Below, piece by piece: positions 19,753-28,904 of a DNA stretch of 64,000 nt. Made by a program: the position numbers and the translations under genes. The first letter of the stretch is position 1. Each line of letters starts with the position of its first letter. The notes below the pieces were generated by a model that made no database searches, was not told the DNA's origin, and worked only from the letters and a program-made list of their open reading frames with translations. This DNA comes from an uncultured bacterium (lineage in GTDB: Bacteria; Acidobacteriota; HRBIN11; JAKEFK01), in assembly GCA_963777505.1 (NCBI GenBank), contig CAVZQN010000004.1, forward strand, positions 1,536,001-1,600,000, read 5' to 3'.

Positions 19753-20892
19753 ATGGGTTTTTCAACTGATGCGATTCACGGCGGCCAGGAGCCAGATCCG
19801 GCTACTGGAGCAGTAACAGTTCCGATTTATCAAACCTCAACATTCGTTCAACAAGGCTTGGGCAAACATAAAGGCTTTGAATATGCCCGCACTTCAAATC
19901 CTACGCGTCTTGCACTGGAAAAAAATATCGCAGTACTCGAACATGGGTTCGCAGGATTTGGATTTTCATCGGGAATGGCGTCGATTACGACTGCGCTCCT
20001 TTTGCTAAGGTCCGGGGATCACGTAATTGTTACCGACAACGTATATGGCGGAACGTATCGCGTCTTTACGCAGGTGCTTTCCAACCTGGGCCTGGAATTC
20101 AGTTTTATTGATACTTCAAATCTTGAAAATATTCGAAATGAATCACGTCCGAATACCCGTATGGTATTTATAGAGACACCGACGAATCCGCTGCTGACGC
20201 TAACTGATCTACGGCTCACTGCCAGCTACTGCAAAGAAATGAATTTTTTGTTAGTGGTGGACAACACATTCATGAGTCCCTATTTTCAGCGGCCCATAAC
20301 ATTGGGAGCTGATATTGTTCTTCATAGCAGCACAAAATACTTAAACGGCCACAGTGATGGAGTCGGGGGTGTGATGGTTGTTGCAACTGAAGAATTGGCA
20401 GCGAAGATGGGATTCCTTCAAAATTCAGTCGGGGCAGTGCTCGCACCGTTTGAAGCATTTCTCGTTTTACGAGGCATTAAGACTCTCGCTCTTCGGATGG
20501 AAAAGCACAATGAAAATGCAGCCAGCATCGCCGAATACTTGCAGCATGTGAAGAAAGTACAACATGTTTACTATCCGGGATTATCGACGCATCCACAGCA
20601 TGAGCTGGCGCGGAAGCAATGTTCAGGATTTGGCGGGATGATTTCATTTGATGTTGGCAGTCTTGAGAAAGCAAAAACTGTTGCTGAGTCTGTAAGAATA
20701 TTTGCACTTGCAGAAAGTTTAGGTGGTGTGGAGTCGTTGATAGGACATCCTGTCACGATGACACATGCGAGTATTCCAAAAGACAAACGGCTTCAAATGG
20801 GATTAACAGATGGAATCGTCAGACTTTCTGTTGGTATTGAAGATGTGGAAGATTTGATTGGTGATCTTGGTTATGCTTTGGATCAGATATAG
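19753..20892 (+). CDS. Cystathionine gamma-lyase/synthase (Cys/Met PLP enzyme)
   Basis: PIYQTSTF, YARTSNPTR, VDNTF, HSSTKYLNGHSD, LAESLGGVESL. AGGAGG RBS before ATG 19753. Confidence 0.93.
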   Translation: MGFSTDAIHGGQEPDPATGAVTVPIYQTSTFVQQGLGKHKGFEYARTSNPTRLALEKNIAVLEHGFAGFGFSSGMASITTALLLLRSGDHVIVTDNVYGGTYRVFTQVLSNLGLEFSFIDTSNLENIRNESRPNTRMVFIETPTNPLLTLTDLRLTASYCKEMNFLLVVDNTFMSPYFQRPITLGADIVLHSSTKYLNGHSDGVGGVMVVATEELAAKMGFLQNSVGAVLAPFEAFLVLRGIKTLALRMEKHNENAASIAEYLQHVKKVQHVYYPGLSTHPQHELARKQCSGFGGMISFDVGSLEKAKTVAESVRIFALAESLGGVESLIGHPVTMTHASIPKDKRLQMGLTDGIVRLSVGIEDVEDLIGDLGYALDQI

Positions 20893-20916
20893 GTACCGCC
20901 GTTCTACTTAGTACCC

Positions 20917-20950
20917 GCAGGGGAGCAGGGGTGCGGAGGAGCAGGGGAGC
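20917..20950 (+). repeat. Solo 8-mer tandem arm (GCAGGGGA-type x4)
   Basis: gcagggga gcaggggt gcggagga gcagggga gc. Same unit as the arms at 5644 and 23479. Confidence 0.7.
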
Positions 20951-21023
20951 CTACCGCATCGCGTATGGCTCTCGCCTTTTTCTCGAGGAGAGTTTATAAT
21001 ACGAAAACGTAGCTGGAGATTTC

Positions 21024-22418
21024 ATGATCCGTTTTGGAACGGCTGGGTGGCGCGGCATTATTAGTGACGAATTTACATTCAGTAATGTTCGTCTTGTTTC
21101 ACAAGCAATTGCAAATTACATTTCGCGTGAACGTCCGCCAGGAAAGGGAGTCGTTATTGGGTATGACACCCGATTCTTATCCGAAAAATTTGCGCGTGAA
21201 TGTGCCCGCATCGTATCCAATAATCGGATCCCTGCGTATCTTGTTGACCGGGATGCGCCCACACCTGCGCTTGCTTCTGCGATTATGCGAAAAGAGGCGC
21301 AAGCCGGGATAAACTTCACTGCCAGTCATAATCCACCTGAATATAGCGGCTTAAAATTATCGACGCATAAAGGAGCTGCAGCACTTCCCGATGTAACAGA
21401 ACAGATTGAAAGAGAAATCCGCAAGCTTGAATCTCATCCGCCATCTTTTTATTACCTTGATGAAGCGTTGATCGAAGAATTTTCACCACAAGAAGCGTAC
21501 TTGAACCTTTTAAACAACACAGTGAAGTTTGATCGTCTCACTCCATCACTTAAGATCGCCGTGGATACTCTTTGGGGCACAGCTCGTGATTATTTAGAAC
21601 GGTATTTAATTGAAAGAGGTTGTGCGGTCGAAGTTCTTCATAATTTCAGAGATCCATATTTTGGAGGATATGGTCCGGAAGCATCGGATGAGAATCTACA
21701 GGAATTAAAATCGCTTGTTACATCCAAGCAGTTCCATCTCGGTGTTGCAACCGACGGTGACGCCGATCGGTTTGGCATTATTGATTCAGATGGAACGTAC
21801 ATAACTCCGAATGATACTCTCGCACTCCTTCTAGATTATCTGGTTCAGGATCGTAAGTGGAAAGGGAGTGTTGCTCGAAGTGTGGCAACAACTCATTTGA
21901 TTGACGCGATTGCAAAGAAGCACGGACTGCCGGTCCTTGTGACGCCTGTCGGATTCAAATATCTAGCTGAATTGTTCTTAGATCAAAAAATTATTCTAGG
22001 ATGTGAAGAGAGTGCAGGATTGTCTGTGCAAGGGCATCTACCTGAGAAAGATGGAATTTTAACGTGCCTTCTTGTTGCTGAAATGGTTGCGACACGGCAA
22101 GAGAGTTTACGCAGTCAGTTGGATCAACTTTTCCGTACATATGGTTATAGAGTGAACCAGCGAAAGAGTTACAAATTTTCGGAACAACTTGGAAAGCGCG
22201 TTCATGAACTGGCTGCACATCCTCCAAAAACGTTTAACGGAAAACAGGTCACTAATGTAAACACGATTGATGGTTTAAAGATGATCATGGAGGATGGGAG
22301 CTGGGTGCTTGCTCGGATTTCAGGCACCGAACAACTTGTGCGGGTTTATGCGGAAAGCGACAATCAGGAAGCACTTCAGCGATTAATGAAGAGTACTGAA
22401 GCGTTAATACATCAATGA
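21024..22418 (+). CDS. Phosphoglucomutase/phosphomannomutase
   Basis: FGTAGWRG, TASHNP, DGDADR, GCEES, RISGTE. Confidence 0.93.
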   Translation: MIRFGTAGWRGIISDEFTFSNVRLVSQAIANYISRERPPGKGVVIGYDTRFLSEKFARECARIVSNNRIPAYLVDRDAPTPALASAIMRKEAQAGINFTASHNPPEYSGLKLSTHKGAAALPDVTEQIEREIRKLESHPPSFYYLDEALIEEFSPQEAYLNLLNNTVKFDRLTPSLKIAVDTLWGTARDYLERYLIERGCAVEVLHNFRDPYFGGYGPEASDENLQELKSLVTSKQFHLGVATDGDADRFGIIDSDGTYITPNDTLALLLDYLVQDRKWKGSVARSVATTHLIDAIAKKHGLPVLVTPVGFKYLAELFLDQKIILGCEESAGLSVQGHLPEKDGILTCLLVAEMVATRQESLRSQLDQLFRTYGYRVNQRKSYKFSEQLGKRVHELAAHPPKTFNGKQVTNVNTIDGLKMIMEDGSWVLARISGTEQLVRVYAESDNQEALQRLMKSTEALIHQ

Positions 22419-22726
22419 ACGAAATTAAGAAAAAGGAAAAACGGAAATTCCCTGGCTTACTTGTAATCTGCGCTGCAGTCGCTCTTTCATTTACATTAAG
22501 TTTCTTTTTTGGACAAAGCGGAATTATCCGTTTGCGTGAGCTGAATGCTGAGTATGACAGAGTGCTAATGGAGAATTACAGACTCGCTCTTGAAAATAAG
22601 AAGTCTGCAGATGAAATTAAGCGATTGAGACACGATCCTGCTCTCGTTGAAAAGATAGCACGCGAAGAACTGCAATACGTTTCCCCTCAAGATACAGTCC
22701 TCATCGTTCCCGAAGAGAAGAATTAA
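22415..22726 (+). CDS. ftsB: Septum formation initiator FtsB/DivIC family
   Basis: Short TM segment plus coiled coil plus EKIAREEL motif. Confidence 0.8.
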   Translation: MNEIKKKEKRKFPGLLVICAAVALSFTLSFFFGQSGIIRLRELNAEYDRVLMENYRLALENKKSADEIKRLRHDPALVEKIAREELQYVSPQDTVLIVPEEKN

Positions 22727-22743
22727 CCGCAAAGACGCAAAAG
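22723..22743 (-). repeat. 9-mer-doublet junction repeat (family A)
   Basis: ttaaccgcaaagacgcaaaag, overlapping the ftsB TAA. Confidence 0.7.
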
Positions 22744-22754
22744 CAGAACTTTCC

Positions 22755-22783
22755 TTGACCTTGAGGTTAGTGATACCTATAAT
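22755..22783 (+). promoter_or_regulatory. sigma70-type promoter of the initiator tRNA
   Basis: TTGACC-17 bp-TATAAT, 11 bp upstream of the tRNA. Confidence 0.8.
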
Positions 22784-22794
22784 GGTTGTTTCAT

Positions 22795-22868
<74 letters not shown>

Positions 22869-22874
22869 TTGTTG

Positions 22875-22944
22875 GGCCGCAAGGAACCGCAAAGGCCGCA
22901 AAGTTTTCTTTGTGAAATTTGCAGTCCTTGCGGCCTTTTGCTTT
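22875..22944 (+). terminator. Hairpin built from family-A 9-mer units plus T-tract; probable terminator of the tRNA
   Basis: ggccgcaagga (22875-22885) / tccttgcggcc (22925-22935), followed by ttttgcttt. Confidence 0.6.
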
Positions 22945-22962
22945 AACCGCCAAGATGCAAAG

Positions 22963-23409
22963 ATGAACAATAAGACACTTCAAAAAACATCAACCACAAT
23001 CAACTTAATCTGGGCAGCATTATTCGGCTCCACATTCATTTATTTGATTATTGCCTTTATGCTCTCACGCAGTGGATGGAAGCCTGTCGCAGATCGTGGA
23101 CTCTACCTGACTTTGATGGGCGTTCTTATGGCCATCTCGTTAATTGATGTCATGTTTGTTTCCTGGTTAAAGAAGAAATCTTTTACTGAAGAAATTACAC
23201 CAATTGCGGTTGGAGAAGCTCAACGAAGGTTTATCGTTAGCCGAAGTGTTTTGCTTTTCGCGCTCTCTGAAGTTCCAGCTATTTTGGGTCTGGTAATCTT
23301 TTTTCTTTCAGGAAATCTGCTGATCCTACTCTCATTCTGGGGACTTTCGTTCATTTCCTTTCTAATCGCCCGACCCCCAGGCGATCTTCTTGATCACGCC
23401 GACCGTTAG
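22963..23409 (+). CDS. Hypothetical membrane protein (about 4 TM)
   Basis: Hydrophobic segments. ATG 22963 is preferred because the upstream extension is repeat sequence. Confidence 0.7.
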   Translation: MNNKTLQKTSTTINLIWAALFGSTFIYLIIAFMLSRSGWKPVADRGLYLTLMGVLMAISLIDVMFVSWLKKKSFTEEITPIAVGEAQRRFIVSRSVLLFALSEVPAILGLVIFFLSGNLLILLSFWGLSFISFLIARPPGDLLDHADR

Positions 23410-23439
23410 TTTCGAGAGAAATTGTGAAATTAGTTCCTA

Positions 23440-23584
23440 GCGTCACCAGACTGTCGATTTGAGTTTTAAGATACTGCCGAGGAGCGGAGGAGCAGAAGTG
23501 CGGAGGACAATCGTTACCCCGCTCCCCTGCTCCTCAGCTCCCACTGCTCGCTTCTAAGGCTCAGATCGATAATCTCGCGTCACC
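23440..23584. mobile_element. MITE-like inverted-repeat cassette with 8-mer inner arms and a flanking 8-bp direct repeat
   Basis: GCGTCACC at 23440-23447 and 23577-23584. Outer IR 23448-23468 / 23555-23575. Inner arms gaggagcg... / ...ctcccctgctcctc. Confidence 0.55.
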
Positions 23585-23611
23585 GCCGGGGGCTAGAGCT
23601 TTTGCTACTAC

Positions 23612-25375
23612 CTACCGCAGCAAAGAGAAGGATGGATCTGTGTAAACCGGTTTGCCCTTGAACAAAGTCAGAATTACTAATGCTTCTGAAATTTCAGAAG
23701 GTGGAACTTCAAAAACATTATTTGATAGAACAATTAAGTCCGCGGACTTTCCAGTTTCCAGACTTCCTGTTTCCTTTTCCCAAAAGTTTGCGTGAGCTCC
23801 ACCAATTGTGTAAGCAGCAATTGCTGTAGGTAGATCAAGACGTTCATCGGGAATGAATACTTCAGTGTCACTCTTTGCCCCTTCATAATTCATACGCGTC
23901 ACAGCTACTTCAATCCCTTCAAGTGGATTCACTGAAGAAACATTCCAATCACTTCCCATCGCCATCACAGCACCTGTATTGGCAACGCTTTTCATCGGAT
24001 AAATCCAGCGTGATCGATCAGGTCCCAATCTTGGAATTGTGAGATCGGTGATATACGCATCTGCGAACCCCCAAAGTGGCTGAAAGCAGGGAATAGCGCC
24101 AATCTTAGCAAATCGTGGAACGTCACCTGGGTCGATCAATTCAATATGCGCCAGAAGAGGGCGTGCATCACGGGGTCCATTCTGTTTGCGTGCGGATTCC
24201 AGGGCATTTAATGCAATCCGGACTGCACGGTCGCCAATCGCATGAAAATGGATCTGAAACTTTTCCTTATCCAATAGCTCAACAAAGGGGTTCAGTATTT
24301 CAGGTTCCCAGATCAACTTTCCAGTGTCGTCTCCTTTATCCAGATAGGGATGCAGCATTGCAGCTGTATGAGCTTCTATCACACCATCCTCAAAAATCTT
24401 GATAGAAGTTGGGGAAAAATTTTTAGTGCGGAAATCTTCGCGAAGCTTTTTAAAGGCGATCACCTGATCCAGAATTTTTTTCAAATCCCCATCTGGATCC
24501 GCAAGCATTGCGCCAGTGACTCTTGCATTAAGAATTCCACGCTTTTCGGCTTCGCTGTATGTCATGATCCCGCCTTGAATGAAATATTCGCCGGGTAAGA
24601 TATCTGCAGTCACAACTGCATCTTGATATCCAGTGATACCAAAGCGGTGCATTTCCTTTAAAGCTTTTTGAAGGCCTGTAAGGCTTTCTTCTAGTGTGGC
24701 TCTGGGAGCATGTTTTTGCACAAGATCGATTGCAGTTTCACGCAAAGTTCCGGTAGGCTCTCTATTTGCATTGCGTTCGATGCGTCCATCCTTTGGATCG
24801 GGAGTATCTTTGGTTACTCCCGAAACTTCCAACGCTTTTGAATTAGCCCATGCAGAATGACCATCTGCGCCAGTGATCAACGCCGGACGATCTGGTGCAA
24901 TTGCATCGAGCCATTCCTTTTGTGGATTCGCCTGCGGAAATGCCGGCAAGGCCCATCCACTTCCAAGAAGCCATGCGGCATCAGGAGTTGCTTTCGCACA
25001 TTCCGTTAACTTTGCCAGAATTTGCTCCTTGTTTTCCAACCCAAGGACATCACACCGATCCATACTTACGCCCGCTTCGACTGGATGAACATGTGAATCG
25101 ATGAATGACGGCATCACAAATTTTCCACGAAGATCAATGGATTGTGTGCTTTCGTCTAACCAGGGAGCTATGCCCGCATCTTCGCCAATGTAAATAATTT
25201 TCCCATCCTGTATTGCAATTGATTCAGCCCATGAACGCGAGGAATTCATCGTGTAAATTTTGCCATTTCGTAATGCAAGGTTGGCCTTTTTCTCAGCTTT
25301 GGGAGTGTCTTTCAAAGCTGCAGCGAATGATGCAAGGACTAAACAGGGCAGAAGCACCAACAACCACTTTTTCAT
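23612..25375 (-). CDS. Amidohydrolase 3 family (YtcJ-like) metal-dependent hydrolase, exported
   Basis: Signal peptide, PSFIDSHVH, DGHSAWANS, HAIGD, AHIE, GSDW. Confidence 0.9.
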   Translation of the reverse strand: MKKWLLVLLPCLVLASFAAALKDTPKAEKKANLALRNGKIYTMNSSRSWAESIAIQDGKIIYIGEDAGIAPWLDESTQSIDLRGKFVMPSFIDSHVHPVEAGVSMDRCDVLGLENKEQILAKLTECAKATPDAAWLLGSGWALPAFPQANPQKEWLDAIAPDRPALITGADGHSAWANSKALEVSGVTKDTPDPKDGRIERNANREPTGTLRETAIDLVQKHAPRATLEESLTGLQKALKEMHRFGITGYQDAVVTADILPGEYFIQGGIMTYSEAEKRGILNARVTGAMLADPDGDLKKILDQVIAFKKLREDFRTKNFSPTSIKIFEDGVIEAHTAAMLHPYLDKGDDTGKLIWEPEILNPFVELLDKEKFQIHFHAIGDRAVRIALNALESARKQNGPRDARPLLAHIELIDPGDVPRFAKIGAIPCFQPLWGFADAYITDLTIPRLGPDRSRWIYPMKSVANTGAVMAMGSDWNVSSVNPLEGIEVAVTRMNYEGAKSDTEVFIPDERLDLPTAIAAYTIGGAHANFWEKETGSLETGKSADLIVLSNNVFEVPPSEISEALVILTLFKGKPVYTDPSFSLLR

Positions 25376-25385
25376 AACGGCTCCT

Positions 25386-25406
25386 CTTTACGTCTCTGCG
25401 GTAAAA
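25386..25406 (+). repeat. 9-mer-doublet junction repeat (family A)
   Basis: ctttacgtctctgcggtaaaa, within a 33-bp intergenic gap. Confidence 0.65.
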
Positions 25407-25408
25407 AG

Positions 25409-26137
25409 TTATTGAATAATTTTGCGAAGCATCAAGCCCCACCATGGGGCAAGCAATGCTTTGATTACGAGATCAAGAGCGATTCCTGTAATAGCAGCCC
25501 AGAAAAACGGACGTATTTCTGAATAATTGTAATCTCTTTTCACAATTTTACAGATGGTAGGTTCTGCAAGAATCACTCCCAGGATGACAAACGAAATAAC
25601 ACGAATCACTGACCAGGGGTGCCATCCCATCATTGAGGCGAGCAATGGATCAGAAGATGCAGCGATCAGCGATCCCACGTAATAACTCATGTAATTCATC
25701 AAGAATGCACCCATCAATAACGATAAGAAGCCGGCAGATAAAGCGGAAAGAACACAAAAAATAATGAGATGCACTAAATGCAGCGGAATAAATTTCGCAG
25801 GATTTCCTTCAGATCCTACTCCCGTACGGATCCACTGAAACATTTCTTGTTTGTATGTGGAACCATAAAAAATAGATGCGTTTGCGAGTTCCGGAAAATT
25901 CACAACAGCCCATGTCGTAATGACACCCATGCATAACGCCCAAAAAAGCATTGCGCCGAAGGCTCTCGGACGTCTTTCATCGACAAGAAGTTTATACATA
26001 ACCGGATATGGAATAAGAACATTCAATACCGGCAGCAAATATTGATTGGAAACCCAGAATCCGATTGCTGTAGATAAAACCGTCCCGATCAGCAAGTAGA
26101 AAAACAGAGCCGGCGAATAGACCAGCTTATTCAACAT
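25409..26137 (-). CDS. Hypothetical multi-pass membrane protein
   Basis: 242 aa with 6-7 hydrophobic segments. Overlaps the pfkB stop. Confidence 0.7.
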   Translation of the reverse strand: MLNKLVYSPALFFYLLIGTVLSTAIGFWVSNQYLLPVLNVLIPYPVMYKLLVDERRPRAFGAMLFWALCMGVITTWAVVNFPELANASIFYGSTYKQEMFQWIRTGVGSEGNPAKFIPLHLVHLIIFCVLSALSAGFLSLLMGAFLMNYMSYYVGSLIAASSDPLLASMMGWHPWSVIRVISFVILGVILAEPTICKIVKRDYNYSEIRPFFWAAITGIALDLVIKALLAPWWGLMLRKIIQ

Positions 26138-27056
26138 CCGTAGTACCAGAATGAAGGTGAGTCATTCTTAGAAACTCACGAAGACGAGTCTGCAGATTTT
26201 CGCGCGTGAGTTGTGCAAGCTTTTCCACGCTGAATCCTTCAACACAAAAAGAGGCAGCAATATTTCCAAACATCATCGCCTTTTGAATCGAAGGAAGATC
26301 AATCCGTTTTTGTGCTGCAAGGTAGCCAACAAATCCTCCGGCGAATGTATCGCCAGCGCCTGTGGGATCAATTACATTTTCAAGAGGGAATGCTGGAATT
26401 GCAAAAATCTCACCTTGCTGCGTAAAAAGAATTGCTCCATAGCCACCACGTTTTATCAATAACGAAAATTTCCCCATCTTTAAAACGCTTTTTGCGCCAC
26501 GAATTACATTGTGATCGCCACTCAACATTTGCGCTTCTTCTTCGGAAATAATGAAAAAATCCACCCGCTTTAATACTTTTTCAAGGTCCGGTCGCGCGTT
26601 TACGATCCATAGGTTCATCGTGTCACAGCAAACCAGTTCAGGTTTTTCAAGTTGATCCAGTACTTTGAGCTGCAAATCCGGATTGATGTTTGCAAGAAAT
26701 GCTACTGGAGTGTTGCGATAGGATTGCGGGAGTTCAGCTTTGAATTCTTCAAGTACATTTAATTGAGTTTCAATTGTGTGGCGAACGTTCATATTTTCTT
26801 CGTATTCGCCGGTCCATCGAAAAGTTCTACCTTCCGAACGTACAAGTCCCTCTATATTAATTCCTCGTTCTTCAAACAAGCGAATATATTGATTGGGAAA
26901 GTCCTTTCCAACAATAGCGACAAGATTTATCTTTGCGAATAAGTGTGCAGCCATTGCAAAAAATGTTGCTGAGCCTCCAAGTACCTCTGGCGCTTCAGCT
27001 AACGGAGTCTTGATTGAATCAAATGCAACGGTCCCAATGACAACAATCGAACTCAT
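26127..27056 (-). CDS. PfkB family carbohydrate/nucleoside kinase
   Basis: LGGSATF N-terminal motif and DPTGAGDTFAGGF signature. Confidence 0.92.
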   Translation of the reverse strand: MSSIVVIGTVAFDSIKTPLAEAPEVLGGSATFFAMAAHLFAKINLVAIVGKDFPNQYIRLFEERGINIEGLVRSEGRTFRWTGEYEENMNVRHTIETQLNVLEEFKAELPQSYRNTPVAFLANINPDLQLKVLDQLEKPELVCCDTMNLWIVNARPDLEKVLKRVDFFIISEEEAQMLSGDHNVIRGAKSVLKMGKFSLLIKRGGYGAILFTQQGEIFAIPAFPLENVIDPTGAGDTFAGGFVGYLAAQKRIDLPSIQKAMMFGNIAASFCVEGFSVEKLAQLTRENLQTRLREFLRMTHLHSGTTDVE

Positions 27057-27068
27057 AGTGCGTCTCCT

Positions 27069-27932
27069 TTATTTAACGTACTTTCCGACAATCAAATCCA
27101 GATCCTTCAGCGTCTTTTCCGAAACATGCACTTTCTCAGTAATTACACCGCTTGCAAGAGCTGTAGCGCATTCACACTCTCTGCTGATGGGAAAACCTTG
27201 AACGATCGTTCGCAAAATCGTTCGCGCGTTGTTAACGTTTTTCATCAGGGTCGCGATGACTGCATCGATTGTGACAACTTCTTCCGATTCATGCCAGCAA
27301 TCAAAGTCTGTCACAAGAGCCATTGTTGCGTAACAGATTTCTGCTTCGCGCGCGAGTTTTGCTTCAGGCATATTGGTCATTCCAATGATATCAACACCCC
27401 ACTGGCGATAGATTCGTGATTCACCCTTCGTGGAAAATTGAGGCCCTTCAATGCAAATATACGTGCCGCCTTTATGTGTCGTGACTCCGTTCGCGCGGCA
27501 GCTTTTTTCGATCAGCGATGCAAGATGCGGACAAACAGGATTTGCAAGGCCAACATGACCAACAATCCCATTGCCAAAGAATGTGCCGATACGGTGTTTC
27601 GTATTGTCATAAAACTGGTCCGGCACAACAAAATCCAGCGGCTTGATATGCTCTTTCATGCTTCCCACTGCGCTGACTGAAACGAGCCACTCAACCCCGA
27701 GTTTTTTGAAGCCATAAATATTGGCTCTGTAATTGATGTCCGTTGGTGTGATTCGATGACCCCGGCCATGCCTGGAAAGAAATGCAATCTTTTTGTCTCC
27801 AAGAATTCCTAGAATAAAGGCATCCGAAGGCTCACCAAACGGCGTGTTAATTCTTACCTCTTCGACGTCTTTCAATTCGTTCATCTGGTAAAGACCACTT
27901 CCTCCGATTACGCCTATTTTTACTTCAGTCAT
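27069..27932 (-). CDS. mtnP: S-methyl-5'-thioadenosine phosphorylase
   Basis: IGVIGGSGLY, RHGRGH, EGPQFST, IGMTNMPEAKLAREAEI, VTDFDCW. Confidence 0.93.
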   Translation of the reverse strand: MTEVKIGVIGGSGLYQMNELKDVEEVRINTPFGEPSDAFILGILGDKKIAFLSRHGRGHRITPTDINYRANIYGFKKLGVEWLVSVSAVGSMKEHIKPLDFVVPDQFYDNTKHRIGTFFGNGIVGHVGLANPVCPHLASLIEKSCRANGVTTHKGGTYICIEGPQFSTKGESRIYRQWGVDIIGMTNMPEAKLAREAEICYATMALVTDFDCWHESEEVVTIDAVIATLMKNVNNARTILRTIVQGFPISRECECATALASGVITEKVHVSEKTLKDLDLIVGKYVK

Positions 27933-27990
27933 AGTGTGCCTCCACGACGTTTTTTAAGCGTTCCATCATAAAACGAATTGGATTTAAAAA

Positions 27991-28066
27991 GTAGGGGCGG
28001 GTCTAAGACCCGCCCGAATGGAATGTGCCAATAATATATACGGGCGGGTCTAAGACCCGCCCCTAC
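27991..28066. repeat. GTAG-class REP doublet (REPIN-like)
   Basis: GTAGGGGCGGGTCTAAGACCCGCCCG, a 24-bp spacer, then the inverted unit CGGGCGGGTCTAAGACCCGCCCCTAC. Each unit is itself a palindrome. Confidence 0.9.
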
Positions 28067-28103
28067 TATGCATTTTCCTCTCGAATAGCCTATACTTTGG
28101 AGT

Positions 28104-28904
28104 ATGAAAATCGCGCTTCTTCTTTGTTTCCTTCTTGCTGTCAGCAGCGTTGGAGCAGTGAGTGTTGACCAAATTGGGAAGCTGGCTGAATTAAAAACAA
28201 AAGATGATTTAATCCTCGAACTTGTCCAAAGGGAGGGATTGGATCGCTCTTTGACCGCTGAAGATATTATTTTGCTGCGGGAAAAAGGTGTCAGTGAACG
28301 TGTCATTGAATATCTAATGAATCTTTCGCCAAGTGAAAGCAAAATAATGCCGAAACAAGAAGGAGAATCCGTTTACATCACGAAGGACCTTCGTGCTTTT
28401 CAAACAAGAGACAAGAAAGGCAAACCGATTCTAATGGTTACCAACCTGGATGAAAACGGCAAAAGAATGGGGCCACCGCCGCCGCCTAATCCTGAACCGG
28501 AAGTTGTTCGCGAAACAGCACCGCCTTCCCGTGAAGTACTCGTTACTGTTCGGCACGAAGAACCGCAACGATATGAAGACGATGAGGAATATCAAGAAGA
28601 CCCATATTATGATTCTGGAATTCCTTTATATCCGGAATACGGCGGAGGTTATTATCCGTACTATCCATATTATCCGGTAAAGCCGGATCATCGCCGTCGC
28701 GAGAAATTCGGACGTGATCATTACAATTACGACAAACCGTGGGGCGCTCCTGCCGCGAGGAATTCACAATCAAGATCAAATAATCATTCAGGAACACAAA
28801 ATCGTTTTCAACCGATGAACAATTCACGACCACAAAATCACACACGAACACAGACGGTTGCGCCTAAATCTCCGAGCGCAGGTACAAGTTCACGACACAA
28901 GTGA
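28104..28904 (+). CDS. Hypothetical secreted protein with Pro/Tyr-rich and low-complexity tail
   Basis: Signal peptide, short helical domain (LTAEDIILLREKGVSERVIEYL), then YYPYYPYYP and an N/S/R-rich tail. Confidence 0.7.
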   Translation: MKIALLLCFLLAVSSVGAVSVDQIGKLAELKTKDDLILELVQREGLDRSLTAEDIILLREKGVSERVIEYLMNLSPSESKIMPKQEGESVYITKDLRAFQTRDKKGKPILMVTNLDENGKRMGPPPPPNPEPEVVRETAPPSREVLVTVRHEEPQRYEDDEEYQEDPYYDSGIPLYPEYGGGYYPYYPYYPVKPDHRRREKFGRDHYNYDKPWGAPAARNSQSRSNNHSGTQNRFQPMNNSRPQNHTRTQTVAPKSPSAGTSSRHK

